Assembly: GCA_964036045.1 (NCBI GenBank)
Contig: OZ038378.1
Location: 16,368,001-16,432,000 of the forward strand
Source of the DNA: Eutreptiella sp. 'Long Island Sound 2002'
Lineage: Eukaryota > Protista > Euglenida
Reading direction: 5' to 3'
Length of the DNA: 64,000 nucleotides
Below are positions 1 through 11,620 of this stretch, piece after piece. Under the pieces are notes generated by a model. It ran no database searches. It saw nothing but the letters and a program-made list of their open reading frames with translations, and was not told the origin of the DNA. How positions within the stretch are numbered: the stretch's first letter is position 1; each line of letters begins with the position of its first letter. Position numbers and translations under genes: made by a program.

Positions 1-14
1 CTCGCTTTCTGCAG

Positions 15-62
15 CCTCTGATGCATTTATGAGCAAGTTTGCTTGCTTTCGTCGTGCCTTAA
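15..62 (+). CDS. Candidate upstream exon of the TIR-TM gene (SDAFMSKFACFRRAL)
   Basis: Acceptor tttctgcAG at 14 and donor GTCTTG at 63. Phase is compatible with candidate exon 1458-1519. The peptide resembles SDAYLRSRNC in the downstream TIR. The donor is weak, so this is tentative. Confidence 0.35.
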
Positions 63-440
63 GTCTTGTGACACTTGTGGGGGTCATGTCCCACCCATTT
101 ACCATCATCATCGCAGTGGTGGGCTGTGTTTAGACTGGTGTGTTCCTCGGTGTCGTTTGTTCGGGCAGTCGTGGCTCATATGGCCTGCTCCATTGCACTG
201 CAACTAGAACCGATCCCGAGTTAGGGAGTGAAAACCCAAATTCAGAACGATGCTCTCGCAGGTGTACTTGACACCCCAAACGTGCATTCATCTTGCCAGC
301 ACACAAGCTGGATGGGCACTGCAGTATGTCCAGTGTCCAGTGACAAGTCTGCTGTGTCAACTGCTACTGTTGACCGAGGAAATGTGTTGGAGGGAGGGGG
401 GGGGCGTGCCAGGGCAACCCCTGCTCAACCGGCATCAGGT

Positions 441-911
441 GGGGGTGTCTCCCGCAGCCCAGATGGGCTGTTGGCGCAACAGAGCGGGAGCCCATCAGGG
501 GCAGACCAGCCGTGAGGGGGAAAAGGACATATGGTGGACGGCCGGGACAGCGCGTGGAGGAACAGGGCACCTGGACCTCACGCACACAGAATCACAGCGA
601 GGCAGGCTATGGACGGCCTGTGGACAGAGGCGCGTGGACAGCAAAAACAGTCAAACAACCCCGGCAACAACCAGCACATCCTCAATACGCCAATTATTGG
701 GCACCGCTGACGCGCAAACGGCACACCATGCCACATTCAGCACAGCCCCAACACACCAACTACTGGGCTCCGCGAACGCGGAAACGACACCAGCAAGAGC
801 ACCGGCCGCAGCGGCCGACAGAAAGCAGCAACCCGACGCAACATGCGAAGGGAAGAACGGGTGACTGTCCAGGGCCCCGTAAAGGAACAATAACCAGACG
901 GAATGTCACAG
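441..911 (+). repeat. Dispersed repeat family A, copy 1 (~470 bp, ends ...CGGAATGTCACA plus G-run)
   Basis: Nearly identical to 45154-45628; on the order of 15 differences counted by eye. Confidence 0.93.
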
Positions 912-1457
912 AGGAAGGGGGGGGGGGGCTTGTGTGGGAGTGCGGAAAGTTCACGATTGCACAGGATTGCAGCCCCTTGGCGTCCAGTACCATGCCAGAT
1001 GGGGGGCGATAGGGTGCAGGCTGTCTGCTTCTCAGCTGACCCATGTGTGCGGCTAGAGAGTTGTTCTGCGAGAGAGTGATGGGCCAAGACCGGACAATTT
1101 TCCTGCGTGCTGTTGTCTTTTGGTCAAGTCCAGCGCTTCAGTGTGGCCAGTGAAGTCAGGAAAATCAGGGGAATCTTTGAAGTTTTTGTCGATAAATCGG
1201 AGGGCAGTTGACGGCTGTGTGCAGCTAGTTCCCCCAGCGGAATTGGCAATGAAGTGGCCTTTTTTTGTGTGCATTGGGCACGGGTTATGTCACGGGGCAT
1301 TGTAAGAGATACTGAAACCCAAAGGGGAAGTCGGACAGAAAACGTGGTAGTGTAATCGATAAGTGGTACTGCAGGGTGTCAGTACAATCACACTGTACCC
1401 AAAATGTCCAGACACTACACAATACTCCCTGCATTACACATGATATCCACGTTGCAG

Positions 1458-1519
1458 ACCTCACACGGTTAGTTTCGCCGAGCGGACGTCAGCAGTACGT
1501 TTTCGAATCTCGTAGTAAG
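1458..1519 (+). CDS. Candidate internal exon of the TIR-TM gene (LTRLVSPSGRQQYVFESRSK)
   Basis: Acceptor gttgcAG at 1457 and donor GTGGCA at 1520. The 62-nt exon is open and ends in phase 0, matching the acceptor at 2642. Confidence 0.4.
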
Positions 1520-2642
1520 GTGGCAGGGACCAGTGTACACAAAGTCACATGAGGCACTATGTTGCAACTATGCTACACAGCAGGCCCAGTTCAGTGCATT
1601 GCACTCATGGCTATTGGTGTCTTTGTGCCCGCTTTGTGTGATGGTGCATTGCATGTTCTTTTATCTACCGCGGTTATGGGGTCATTTTCATGGTAATGGG
1701 TCATTTGTTGGAAGTTGGGGTGGACGATGATTTTTGGACGTGCCGCATCTCGGTAACGAATCGCTGACACACAGACACACATTTCAACTGCTGAAGACAA
1801 CCACTACCATCATCATCGAGTACCAATTTGTGCACTCGGTTACAACATTTTAGGTTTTCTTCAAGCAAGATCTACTGAACTGTGTTACTGGTAGCCCGCG
1901 CTTTCGCATGCGGATACGCATCTGCTTGCAGCCCAAATCCCACATTTCCCTGTGGTGACAGCAGTTACACATGTGGTGACAGGGTGGTAACACATTGCTC
2001 ATCTTTTTTGCCGTTCAAAAGCAAAGATTTGGCTATTTCTCAAACATGAAAACAGGGTAAAAAGGCGTTCCCGGAACCCCATTCACAACCATGTACGTAA
2101 CTCAGATAAAGGAATATGATGTTCTTTCATCATCATTGCCAACGAAGTTTCTGTGAAGGTCCAAGGTGGTACCCCGCCGTTTTGTTTCTCCGTCTCTGCG
2201 CATGAGTGTAGGATGACACATGCATGTGCGTTGGGTCTGTGCGTGTGATTGCAACCTGCACCGTGGCCTCAATGTTCCGAAAACAGAGATGTCTCATGAG
2301 TTTTGGCGCCACTTCGGCTGGTCCGTTGCCTTGTGCTGATCTTGTGTGCCTGAAGAGGACCGTTGGCCGTGGGGATCATTGATATTACAATTGAGGTTGG
2401 CTGAGCCTAGTTGTATTGTCCTGCTTCCGTGATCTTTTGCTTTTGGGTTTGATTAAGATTCAATACCTGCTGACCACTAATGCACCCCACAATGTGCTTT
2501 ATGGGATCACGCAAGCCATGGCAGCCAGTTGAGTGCAGTTTGTAGGTGTGTTTTGGGGGTGATGTCCGTCATTTGTGAAAAACTGTGCTTGGTTGGTGCG
2601 TGTGCGGGGGGTCAAGGTGCTTCAGATTCGGTTCCCTTCCAG

Positions 2643-4829
2643 CTTTTTGTGATGCCGCAAGTTTGTGACGTGGAGCAAGCGTTTCAGGCCTCCAACGATG
2701 CTATTTCTCGGTCATCTATCCCTCTGCTTTGGCATGGACAGCCCACGTGGATTTTGCCACACCACCGGCAAGCCCTGAAACGCTTAACCGCTCGCCGCAG
2801 CCGACCTGCCCACGTCGTTGTGCCAGGACTGCTGGTTGTCATGCGATTTGGCACGCTGTACTTAGCGATGCAACTACCCGCTTTTGGAGAAAAGAAGTGG
2901 CACTCCGCCTTGCTTCTTGCGGACCTTCTTTTTGTCCTCCTGCTGGCAGCTTTCATCATCAGTGCGATTCCGAAGACTGCCACGCAGCTCGCACATGGGC
3001 TGTTCTCAGGCTCCAGGGCCGGGACCTTCTTTGTTTCTTACTGCTGGGGTGATGGCATGGAGACTGCCCACCACATCGCCCGCCTGTTCCCCTTTGAGAC
3101 CCGCTGGCTGGATATCGAGAAGCTGCTCCCGGGCTCCCAAATTGCCGAGGAGTGCCCAGCAGCTGCGGCCCATTCCGAGGCACGGTTTGCCCTCGTGTCC
3201 GATGCGTACCTCCGAAGTCGCAATTGTGGTCTGGAGTGGGCGCAGCTCAGCAAAGATGCAGAACAGGCCGCGAAGAGCATCTTGCTGCTGTGGCCCGGGG
3301 AGCGGTCCACCCCCGAAGAGGTCCACAAGCTGCAGAGCGCCGGGCACTACACAGTCCTGCTGAACAAACTGGCGAGGGATGGGGCCCGAAGCTGGAGGTA
3401 CTGGCTCAAGCCCGCGGGCTACGACACGCGCTTCAGCATGAGCATGACCCACTTCGATGTCTTCAACTGCCTGATGACGTCGGGGGTAGGGCACGCCGTC
3501 CTGCGCCGGCGCAGCCCCGTCATGAACGGGAACTGGTTCTCTGAGTCCAACATGTCCCGGCCGCTGTACAGCCACATCGCGCTGTCGATTGCCCTGCCCC
3601 TGCTGGGGCTGCACGCCGTGGTCATCCTGGGCACCATCATCTTCACCCGCGGAATATTCAGTGAGACTCTCGCGACCCCTCCGGCGGGCGAGACAGCAGA
3701 CGTGGTGCAATCCATCGACGACACAATCAACGACGACACCAACGCGAGCGCGTACCAGTTTGCCATCATCACACTCACCCTCCTGAGCGCGGCGTTCTCA
3801 GTGCTCATCACCCTGTTTCTGTTGCGCCGTGGTGCCTGGCGGCGCCTCAACCAGCCCGAGCTGGGGTGGCTCCTGATCCTGCTCCACAACATCGGCGTCA
3901 TCCCGATGCGGAGCCGCCCATACTGCGAGGGTGAGACGCAGGGCGCAGTGCCGTATGTTGTGGATCACTTTGAGGGCGTGGTGCGGGACGTTCTGCAGCC
4001 GCTAATCGACGAGGGCGTTGTGAAGATCCTCTCGCCGTCTCATGTGCTGGCGGCGGAGACGGCAGGCTTGCTGCTTGTGGACGACTTGGGGGACGCGCCG
4101 GAGGCAGAAAGCAACAAGATTTATTGGTCCCGTCAGACGGACTATGGGGCCATGAGTGAGGCGTACCGCAAGGCATTTGCTGGATCTATGATCAAAATGG
4201 GGCAGCAGCCCCATCCAAATGTGATTCTGAGCTCTGTGTTGGCGCAAGGGCTGGGCTGCTCGATGAAGCACTTGACCATGGGCCAGGGAGGCCTCCCAGG
4301 GCTGCTGCCGGACGAGCTGCTGTCGTCCACTGTCCGCTTCTTAGGCAAGTCTGGCGGCCGTGGGCGCCTCGTCCAGGCCATTTTGCTTTTCCTTTTCTGC
4401 GTCGCTCTGGCGTTCGCTATGTTCGCAGTGCTGTATGTGCCGATGTTCTTGGCGCAGGAATGCGAGCCTGACAGCCTCGAGCGCCAGGTGTTCGCGAAGG
4501 CATATCGCGAACTGGAGCGCCAGTGCGGCAATCTCTCGTGCAGACAGCTGAAGGACACGATAGTTCCTACGCCGGAGTACGACCTCCCCGCATGGATGGC
4601 CGTCAACGGATCGGAAGATGCAGTGGTCTTCACGGGCTGCGCGGTGGTTTTGCAGAACCTCAGCAGTGTGGTCGAGGCCTGTTTGCCTGCACTTGTGGCT
4701 GCGCCCACAGTTGGGTCGTGGCGCTTCAACATCACTTTATATAACCGCATCGTGTGTCCGCTCAGCACCTGTGTGCCTGCGGCCTTCAAACCGCTGGCCT
4801 GCACGGTTTGGGGCACGGGCGATCAGTAA
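2643..4829 (+). CDS. Large terminal exon of a multi-pass membrane protein with an internal TIR (TIR_2-like) domain and a Cys-rich, probably extracellular C-terminus
   Basis: The 766-codon open frame (2529-4829) is GC-rich and gene-like from the acceptor ttcccttccAG at 2642; first in-frame ATG is at 2652. TIR-like motifs: FFVSYCW (3027), WLDIEKL, ALVSDAYLRSRNCGLEW. There are about 5 hydrophobic segments and NxS/T sequons in the C-terminal Cys-rich part. Ends at TAA 4827-4829. Confidence 0.85.
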   Translation, partial: LFVMPQVCDVEQAFQASNDAISRSSIPLLWHGQPTWILPHHRQALKRLTARRSRPAHVVVPGLLVVMRFGTLYLAMQLPAFGEKKWHSALLLADLLFVLLLAAFIISAIPKTATQLAHGLFSGSRAGTFFVSYCWGDGMETAHHIARLFPFETRWLDIEKLLPGSQIAEECPAAAAHSEARFALVSDAYLRSRNCGLEWAQLSKDAEQAAKSILLLWPGERSTPEEVHKLQSAGHYTVLLNKLARDGARSWRYWLKPAGYDTRFSMSMTHFDVFNCLMTSGVGHAVLRRRSPVMNGNWFSESNMSRPLYSHIALSIALPLLGLHAVVILGTIIFTRGIFSETLATPPAGETADVVQSIDDTINDDTNASAYQFAIITLTLLSAAFSVLITLFLLRRGAWRRLNQPELGWLLILLHNIGVIPMRSRPYCEGETQGAVPYVVDHFEGVVRDVLQPLIDEGVVKILSPSHVLAAETAGLLLVDDLGDAPEAESNKIYWSRQTDYGAMSEAYRKAFAGSMIKMGQQPHPNVILSSVLAQGLGCSMKHLTMGQGGLPGLLPDELLSSTVRFLGKSGGRGRLVQAILLFLFCVALAFAMFAVLYVPMFLAQECEPDSLERQVFAKAYRELERQCGNLSCRQLKDTIVPTPEYDLPAWMAVNGSEDAVVFTGCAVVLQNLSSVVEACLPALVAAPTVGSWRFNITLYNRIVCPLSTCVPAAFKPLACTVWGTGDQ

Positions 4830-6261
4830 CGCGATTCCTGCGTCGCCGCATGCGTCGCTTTTGACCTGCGTGGCTGTGCATTGTCCCACTGGTGCATGCC
4901 GAACACTCTTCACCCCCGAACCCCCAGCCACGCCATCAAGCGAGGGTCACCACGAGATCCAGGAGGTCCCAGTTACCCCCGATGCCTGAATCGCGGTCAA
5001 AGGAGGCGGGCCAGGCGTCCTAGTGTGTTCTGTGCTGCGGGGGCTCTGCAAGGGGCAGGTGGTTTGAGGACACCGGGATGCCCCGGGGACGCTGCGGCGG
5101 CGTATCTGCCACCGGCAGTGGGGTTTGAGCAGTGCGCTGTGGTGTGCAGTGCACGTGGTGCACGGATGCAGGAAGCGGTGCACTGCCACTCTGCTGTACT
5201 GCCTCAGTGCATCGCAATGCTTTGCAGGTGTAGCGCAGGAGTGCTGTTGCCTGGTGCATTGCGAGGGTGGTGCGCGGTCACCTGGTGCAAGAAGTGGCAC
5301 GCCTGTCAATGCATCCCCCACGGTATGTTCTGACAGACGGACAGTGTAGGACATAAGCGCACACACACTTCATCCGGGCGGCCTCTCCCGCAAAGCGCCC
5401 TGCTGGGCACGCCTACCCCCTCTTGCCCTGCGAATTTCAACCAGATCAAGCCATGCAGCCCTGTTGCTGTAAAGTGCGGTACAACATGGCCGCTTTCCTG
5501 CGAAGTCCTGCTTAATTGTTCGTTATGGCCCGACTGGTGGTCGCATGCAAAACCAGTGCCCTACCCCCATCACAGTGCAAAAATTGCCACCCGCATTGCG
5601 AGTACGGATGCCTGCCGCTGTAGCGCAGGTGAACTGCCCTGTGGAGCAGGGGCCCAGCGAAACCACGAAACAGAAGTGCACTGGAAACCCCCCTTGCCAA
5701 TGAAATCGGGGAACGGTTGGTGCACATTTCACGCGAGCGCAGCGCTCATGCACTGCGCCATGGCAGTATGAGGCAGCAGTGCATTACGATTGGCAGCTGC
5801 ACCACTGACTGCCCTTGGGTAGCAGTGCACAGCTCCCGCATCATACCCAGTGGCAATCAATGGGAATCCGCCGCCCACGCACTGCATCAGTGGCCAGTGG
5901 CAATCCGCGGCTCTAAATCAGCTTCAGATGGTGGTGCAATGCTCCTGCACTACGTCAAGTGCATGCGACCGTACGATGTCATGCGCGTGCGTGCACCGGA
6001 ACATTGCGGACTCGTTACCTTTCTTCAACCCAAACCTTCAAATTGGGTAAGAGGATTTGCGGGATTGCAAGAAGGGGTGCAACATGGATCCAAAGTTTGA
6101 ATGGACCACCATGCATTGGATTTTGTGCGGCCCCATGGAGAGTATTTTGGAATCCCTCCCCTAGAGAATCCCCCCTAGAGAGCAATAATCGCATGTACAG
6201 TACCAGATGGAGAAACAATGACCTCATAACCGAAGTTCGATGAAATGAATGTTGTATCCCA

Positions 6262-6514
6262 GTTGCTGCTGCTGCTGCTGATGGTGCTGCTTTGGGTGTT
6301 GTTGTTGTCGTTGTTGTCGTTGTCGTTGTTTGTGTTGCGCTGCTGCTGCTGCTGCTGCTGCTGCTGGTTGTCTTTTGGTTTCTGTTGATATTGATGCTTC
6401 TGCTGTTTTCATTTTTGTTATTTGTGCTGCCCCTTCTGCTGTTGCTCTGGTGGTGGTGGTGGTGGTGGTGGTGTGATTGTTGGCTGCTGCTGCTGCTGCT
6501 GCCGCCGCTGCTGC
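6262..6514 (+). repeat. Compound trinucleotide microsatellite (GCT/GTT/GTC/GGT)
   Basis: Seen directly; it is the source of the poly-V/L/W and poly-A/Q/T/H spurious ORFs. Confidence 0.97.
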
Positions 6515-7199
6515 CCCACAGCATGACCGCACAGTACTGCTGGAAGCAGGAGGCCAGGATTCTCTTCCCCCATATACCCAGCACCCCCAAAGAGGCTCAG
6601 ACTTCAGCCATAACCAGACCCCTTCGGGCCCTGCCAGTGGTGCCCATTGATCTATATGTCTGATATTGCATGTTTTAGCCTGAATGTGTCCGACACTAGG
6701 ACTCATAGAGGATGCAGTCCTGTCCAACACAGAATGGCCACATGCTCTGGCCTGAAGAAGTTCGACCTTAACCGAAATTCCGGTGTGCGTTTGTGACAGG
6801 AAGCGAGTGCAAACACATGTCCCAAGGACGTGCATCAAGTAGGTATGGGCTTGGAGTATTGAAGTCACACAATAGACACACGAATGCAGAATGGCCGAAT
6901 TGGCTCTTGGACTGCGGACACCCGTTGGTCCTCCGACATGCACGCATGCAGGGGGGGCTCCACCCGTGGGCTCGACCCACAAAACGGTGCACAAGATAGT
7001 GGAGAGCTATTATCAAGGGGATGACATTTTGGAATAGTGACCCGCCGCTCCTGGGCTCGATAAATGATGCAAACGACAACGTCTTCGAGTTCTATGTTCC
7101 CCGATTTAGATAGAGCATATATTGTTTCGGCTGATTTGGCGCTTCAAGTTAGTGCCAGTTTTCCAGTTAGTGCTATCCATGAGCAACTCTTATTTTCAC

Positions 7200-7540
7200 T
7201 GCGATTTCCATACGTTTAGGCTGGATGTTGCAAATCTCCTTGATTTTTTAGTGTCGCATTTCCTGTTTAGTCTTTCATGCCATGTTTTATTAACCCTTCA
7301 ATGCCATGTTTCTCAACACAAAGATGTACGTATGACTGGTATGTCTAGTCATGAGCACTATGCAACAACATGTATGGTTTCTGTCCCATATGGCACATCT
7401 AAGACACATCCTGCCAGTGGTTGTGCTTTTACTTTTTTTTTTGTATCGTCGAACCACAGTGTCGGAATTGCCGTGTTTCACATACCTCGGTGCAATTTCG
7501 AACCAATTGCAAACATGTTTGTTTGTGACACTGTCACCTT
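7200..7540 (-). mobile_element. Possible Ty3/Gypsy integrase remnant
   Basis: A minus frame with stops reads VRNCTEVCETRQ...HWQDVS*...YMLL...EKHGIEGLI, in the order of the integrase CxxC, W.xSMD and HG.P motifs. Weak. Confidence 0.28.
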
Positions 7541-7916
7541 ACCACTATGACACACATGCTCATAACAGCCATTGCAACAACACCAGGGCTATGGGGGAAC
7601 ACTGGATGCAGTGAATGCACAGTGCAGAAGTTAAAGTGCGGTGGACACCATGCCGCAATCCATTTCAACGATTTTTGGGACAGATTGGACAATGCACCCC
7701 ATTTTCAAGTGTCGGGCGTAAGTCGCTTGTTTTTTTTTGGGGGAAGGGGCGTAAGTTGAGTTTGGAAAGGAAAACCTAAAAATGCATGGCACGCGACCGA
7801 AAAAAAACTTGCTTTAGGCTTTTTTTTTGTTATGCGACCTACTCGAAAAACAAACGTGATTCATGCTTTTTAAAAAGAAAAAGTATGCAACTTACGCCAA
7901 AAAACAAAAAAAATAT

Positions 7917-8108
7917 CCCCCGCTCTAAAGCGTTGGGGACCCCCTAGACGACAGGGGTTATGTAGCCCATCTGCCCATTTGTGGGCCACTGCTGATTTTG
8001 TCCCCCGCCATGAAGTGTTGGGAACCCCCCGGATGGGGGTTATGTCGCCAATCTGCCCATTTTTGGGCCACTGTTGGTTTTGCCCCCCCGCTGTGAAGCG
8101 TCGGGGAG
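7917..8108 (+). repeat. ~83-bp tandem repeat, about 2.3 copies
   Basis: ccccgc...aag.gttggg.acccc...ggggttatgt.gcc.atctgcccattt.tgggccactg.tg.ttttg repeats at 7917 and about 8001, with a partial third copy. Confidence 0.85.
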
Positions 8109-10129
8109 GTGGACGGATACGACTAGCCGGTGGGGTGAGTGAGCTTTCAAATTAGGTGCCCTCCTTGTTTGATGAAGAGGACTCCCCGCTTAGAGTAGCC
8201 GAGCTATCAGATACCGGCACTCCGGAGCAAGATACTGTTGCGCTTGTCACTCCCTGCACAATAGCCGAGCCGTCGGATGCCAGCATTTCCAAGGCACAGT
8301 ATATTGCTATCTATGTTAGTGTAGCACGAAAGGTTACCCATCATACGCCTGTCAATGAAACCAAGCCTCTTGTCGTGGGACATTGGTTGAGCGACAAGGA
8401 CATTATCCCCCCCCCCCCCCCCCCGGGGGGTATTATTATTGTGGCTTGACCACAATGAAATCGGTGAGCCACGGGCATGGGCTACAATGGTGACATACAT
8501 TGTGTCCCGCTTGAGCATTAGTAAGAAGTTTGAAGTGGTTAGGGAATCAATCACATAGTTGTTGGTTTGGCTTGGAGGTGCCGCCTCATATTTATTGTTA
8601 AAAGTGACAATTGCGCCGGGCTCCATTGATTTATTTGTGCCATGGACTATAGAGTGCCAGTATGGGCATTCAAAGTCTAGATTTGGGAGCCACTTCCTAG
8701 TACTTCCTTGGTCCGGCCAACGTTGAAACGCCTCGAGCACAAGGGTGTTTCCACACATGCTCGCACTTTGGCGTTTCAAAAGGATGGTTGCTCATGTGGC
8801 TAATTGTTCCCTCTTTGTGACAAGGTGGTTGGCCATCAGGGAAGCTTGGAAGACATTGATGTTATCCGGACACCTTTGCCGAAAGGATTCATGAGGGAAG
8901 CATTGCGCATCATCTATGTGGATCTGCTGTCGGAGTCCCCGGCACCATCCCGGAGAATGGTTGGGAGGAGGAAGTGAGTTGCTAGAAGCCCGGAGAATCC
9001 CCTCCTGTCTTGGCCTCCAACTCCGAGTTCTTGCCCCGATCTACTTCCTCCCTTCTTTTTGATGAAGAGGATCCTCTTTCGCAACCCGAGGGCAATATTG
9101 CTACCTCTTCCTCCGAGCCGAAAGCTGGAGAATCTCCTGCCTCCCTAGCCTCCAACTACGAGGATGTGCCCCCATATGGGCAGTCCGTGAAGGGCCATGT
9201 TGACGCCCCCCCACCAACCCACAGTCCTCCGCCTCTTCGAACCACCCCACAAGGGATGGCACCCGTCCATATGTGCTCATCCGTGGGAAGCGATTCAAGG
9301 TCCCCGAGGCGTATCCAAAGGGCGCCGAGGGTCGGTTGGTGAGTGACCAACAATTTATTGATCACTTGAAAATCTACCTTGTAAAGGATATCTGTGGCGC
9401 TTGTGCACAGAACAACAATCCGTGTGCAAAGCCGAAGTCATTAGACACAAAGTCTGCATTGATTTACAAGCATGTGTTCACCAACTTTTTGTAGTTGACT
9501 CCATGCCATTATGGTGGCATGTGAAGAATGTAGTTGGCCCGAGGTGACCAAACTCAAGTGGTATTGCTGGCTTCAGCTTCGTAATGGGTGGCGTCGGCAG
9601 CAAAATAGTCATTTTGATACCGCTTGCCAAAGGCCAAAGGGCAAATTGCATTTGCACTTGGGACAATGATGAGCACCTCATATGGGTGTACTCCAACTTT
9701 ATTTCTTTCTTTCTGCCATTTGTAGGTGATGAGTATAAAGACCACCCTTCATGCCACTACTCCATTGCCTTAGCCATGGTGGAGGTACCCAAATTTCCGT
9801 GGGTAGGGGCTATATGCTTCAACTCCTCCGGTAGCAATGGCGGTTGTTGGGTGTTTCCCGTGTGTTTCTAGGCAATCTCATTTTTCTTGAAAAAAACTTT
9901 TTTCCACACACGACGTACGCCAAAAAAAAGTTCATGTGACTTACGCCTAAAAGGAAAAGTTTTGGTTGAAAAAAAAAAGCAATTTACGCCAAAAAAAGTT
10001 ACGTGACGTACGGCCAAAAAAAAAACAGGACTTCCGCTTATTTCCGCAATCGAGCTGTGCTTTCCTTCGTTTTCAAGCCGTTTTTCAACTCCATATAAAA
10101 CCGCTGGTGTCCACGAGGGTTCCATAAGT

Positions 10130-11620
10130 AGTGTTGCATGTCTCTCACCTCTGAAAAAATTTGCGTTGGGACATTACTCCTCTCTGCTTTGGAGACCCGG
10201 ACAATACAACAAGGGCTATGTTGCAGTGTGCCTCCTCTCTGCTCTAGATGCTCTGGAGACCCTAGCACAGCTCTTTTCATGAATGGGCAAAATGGGGTTG
10301 TGTCCCAGTGAAATGGCATACAACGCGCATGCGGCGGGCACAGTGCAGGTGCCCCCAACCCACCATTATAGGTGACTACTTGAGGACTAATATGGATTTT
10401 GGACACTAAGATGCAACCGATTGTGGGAGTTCATGGCAATATGGGAGTGGGCAGTGTTCAGGGCTGCACTGGCTAAGGCCTGGACTGTAAAAGAGACAAG
10501 GTTACCGCCGTGAAGAGGGTTGGAGTTTGGCGGTCCTTGTACCATGGTTGTGCATTAACCTCCGTCATTCATATTGAAGCAAGCCATTATGCTCCGATAC
10601 CTTTTGCTGTTGCTATTCGAGAATCGTTACGCTCAGGGATTCACGGTAGGGAATCGCCAGATTTCCTGTTCATTTCTCCATTTTGGATCTAAGAATATTT
10701 TTATATTTGGGTGATCATTGCAGCCAGTGATGGAGCACGTGTCTGAGTTTGTTTTCTGCTTGTAGGGACAGAATCCAGAATCCAGGGAAGGAAATCAAAT
10801 TTGAAGGTTCTTGAAACGAAAATGAGCGGGTTACACTTTTCTTTATCAATGTTATCCTTTGTTTAAGATAGTGCCACAAAGCATGTCAGCCCATCTCCTG
10901 GCATATCGGCAACTATCAAGGCTGCCAAATCTGCCACATCTGCTGTACCTGACCAATGAGTGAGTATCAAACACCTTCAGAGTGGGAAGTGGATGTGTAA
11001 TGTGCGATGCTAACCCGACTAGGATTATGCTGACTGCAAGCAATAAGGACGGCCCTTGACACCAATCAAGACCCCTCTGACATGGGTGTGGTAGGATCTT
11101 GTATGATGGGGAATGGCTCAAACCTGCAGCCGAATGCATTTGTGGATGCATTATGGATCCTTTGTCAATTGCAGCTGTTTGCAGCCTTGCTTGCCGAGAT
11201 AGGCTTTTTGTACCAACACGTAAGCGAGTAATTGGGTTTTGGGTCCCCCATGTGATTTTACTGCATTTTAGGGGCCGCACACAAGAATGTGTCTCACAAT
11301 GACCATAAAATATCAATGAGGACAAATGGATTCCAATAATTAATGCGGAATGACAGGTGATAGTACAAATCCCTAAGGCTAAGGAGGTAGGCAACATGGA
11401 GAGGAGATCTAGGAGGTGCGTGGAATGGATGCATCAAAGGCCCCGGCCAAAAAGTGACACCCAGAACAGAAAGGAGCCCTCAGACACGGACAAAACTGAA
11501 AATGAGAACGCTGTGGTGAAAAATTCAACACTGCATGTTCGCATATTTGAATACTTCATCGCCAGGTTTGCGGACATGTCTGAAAACTCAGTTTCCAACA
11601 CATTTTTGTCAAGCTGAATC
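10130..11620 (+). mobile_element. Possible decayed non-LTR retrotransposon remnant
   Basis: Fragments TIIGDY (APE GDFN-like, about 10360) and IVQIPKAK (RT region I.LIPK-like, 11360) lie in the expected order, separated by many stops. No RT catalytic motif was found. Confidence 0.22.

Noticed and set aside
512-1012. Apparently duplicated 166-215 aa gene (also 45072-45719)
   Set aside because: It is open in several frames on both strands, the two copies differ by frame-changing indels, and one copy sits in an intron. It is repeat family A, not a conserved protein.
2529-2642. N-terminal extension of the TIR-TM ORF from the TTG at 2529
   Set aside because: Non-ATG start, TG-rich intron-like composition, and a good acceptor at 2642.
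6015-6994. Poly-A/Q/T/H and poly-V/L/W ORFs
   Set aside because: They are trinucleotide microsatellite artefacts, open on both strands, with no domain content.
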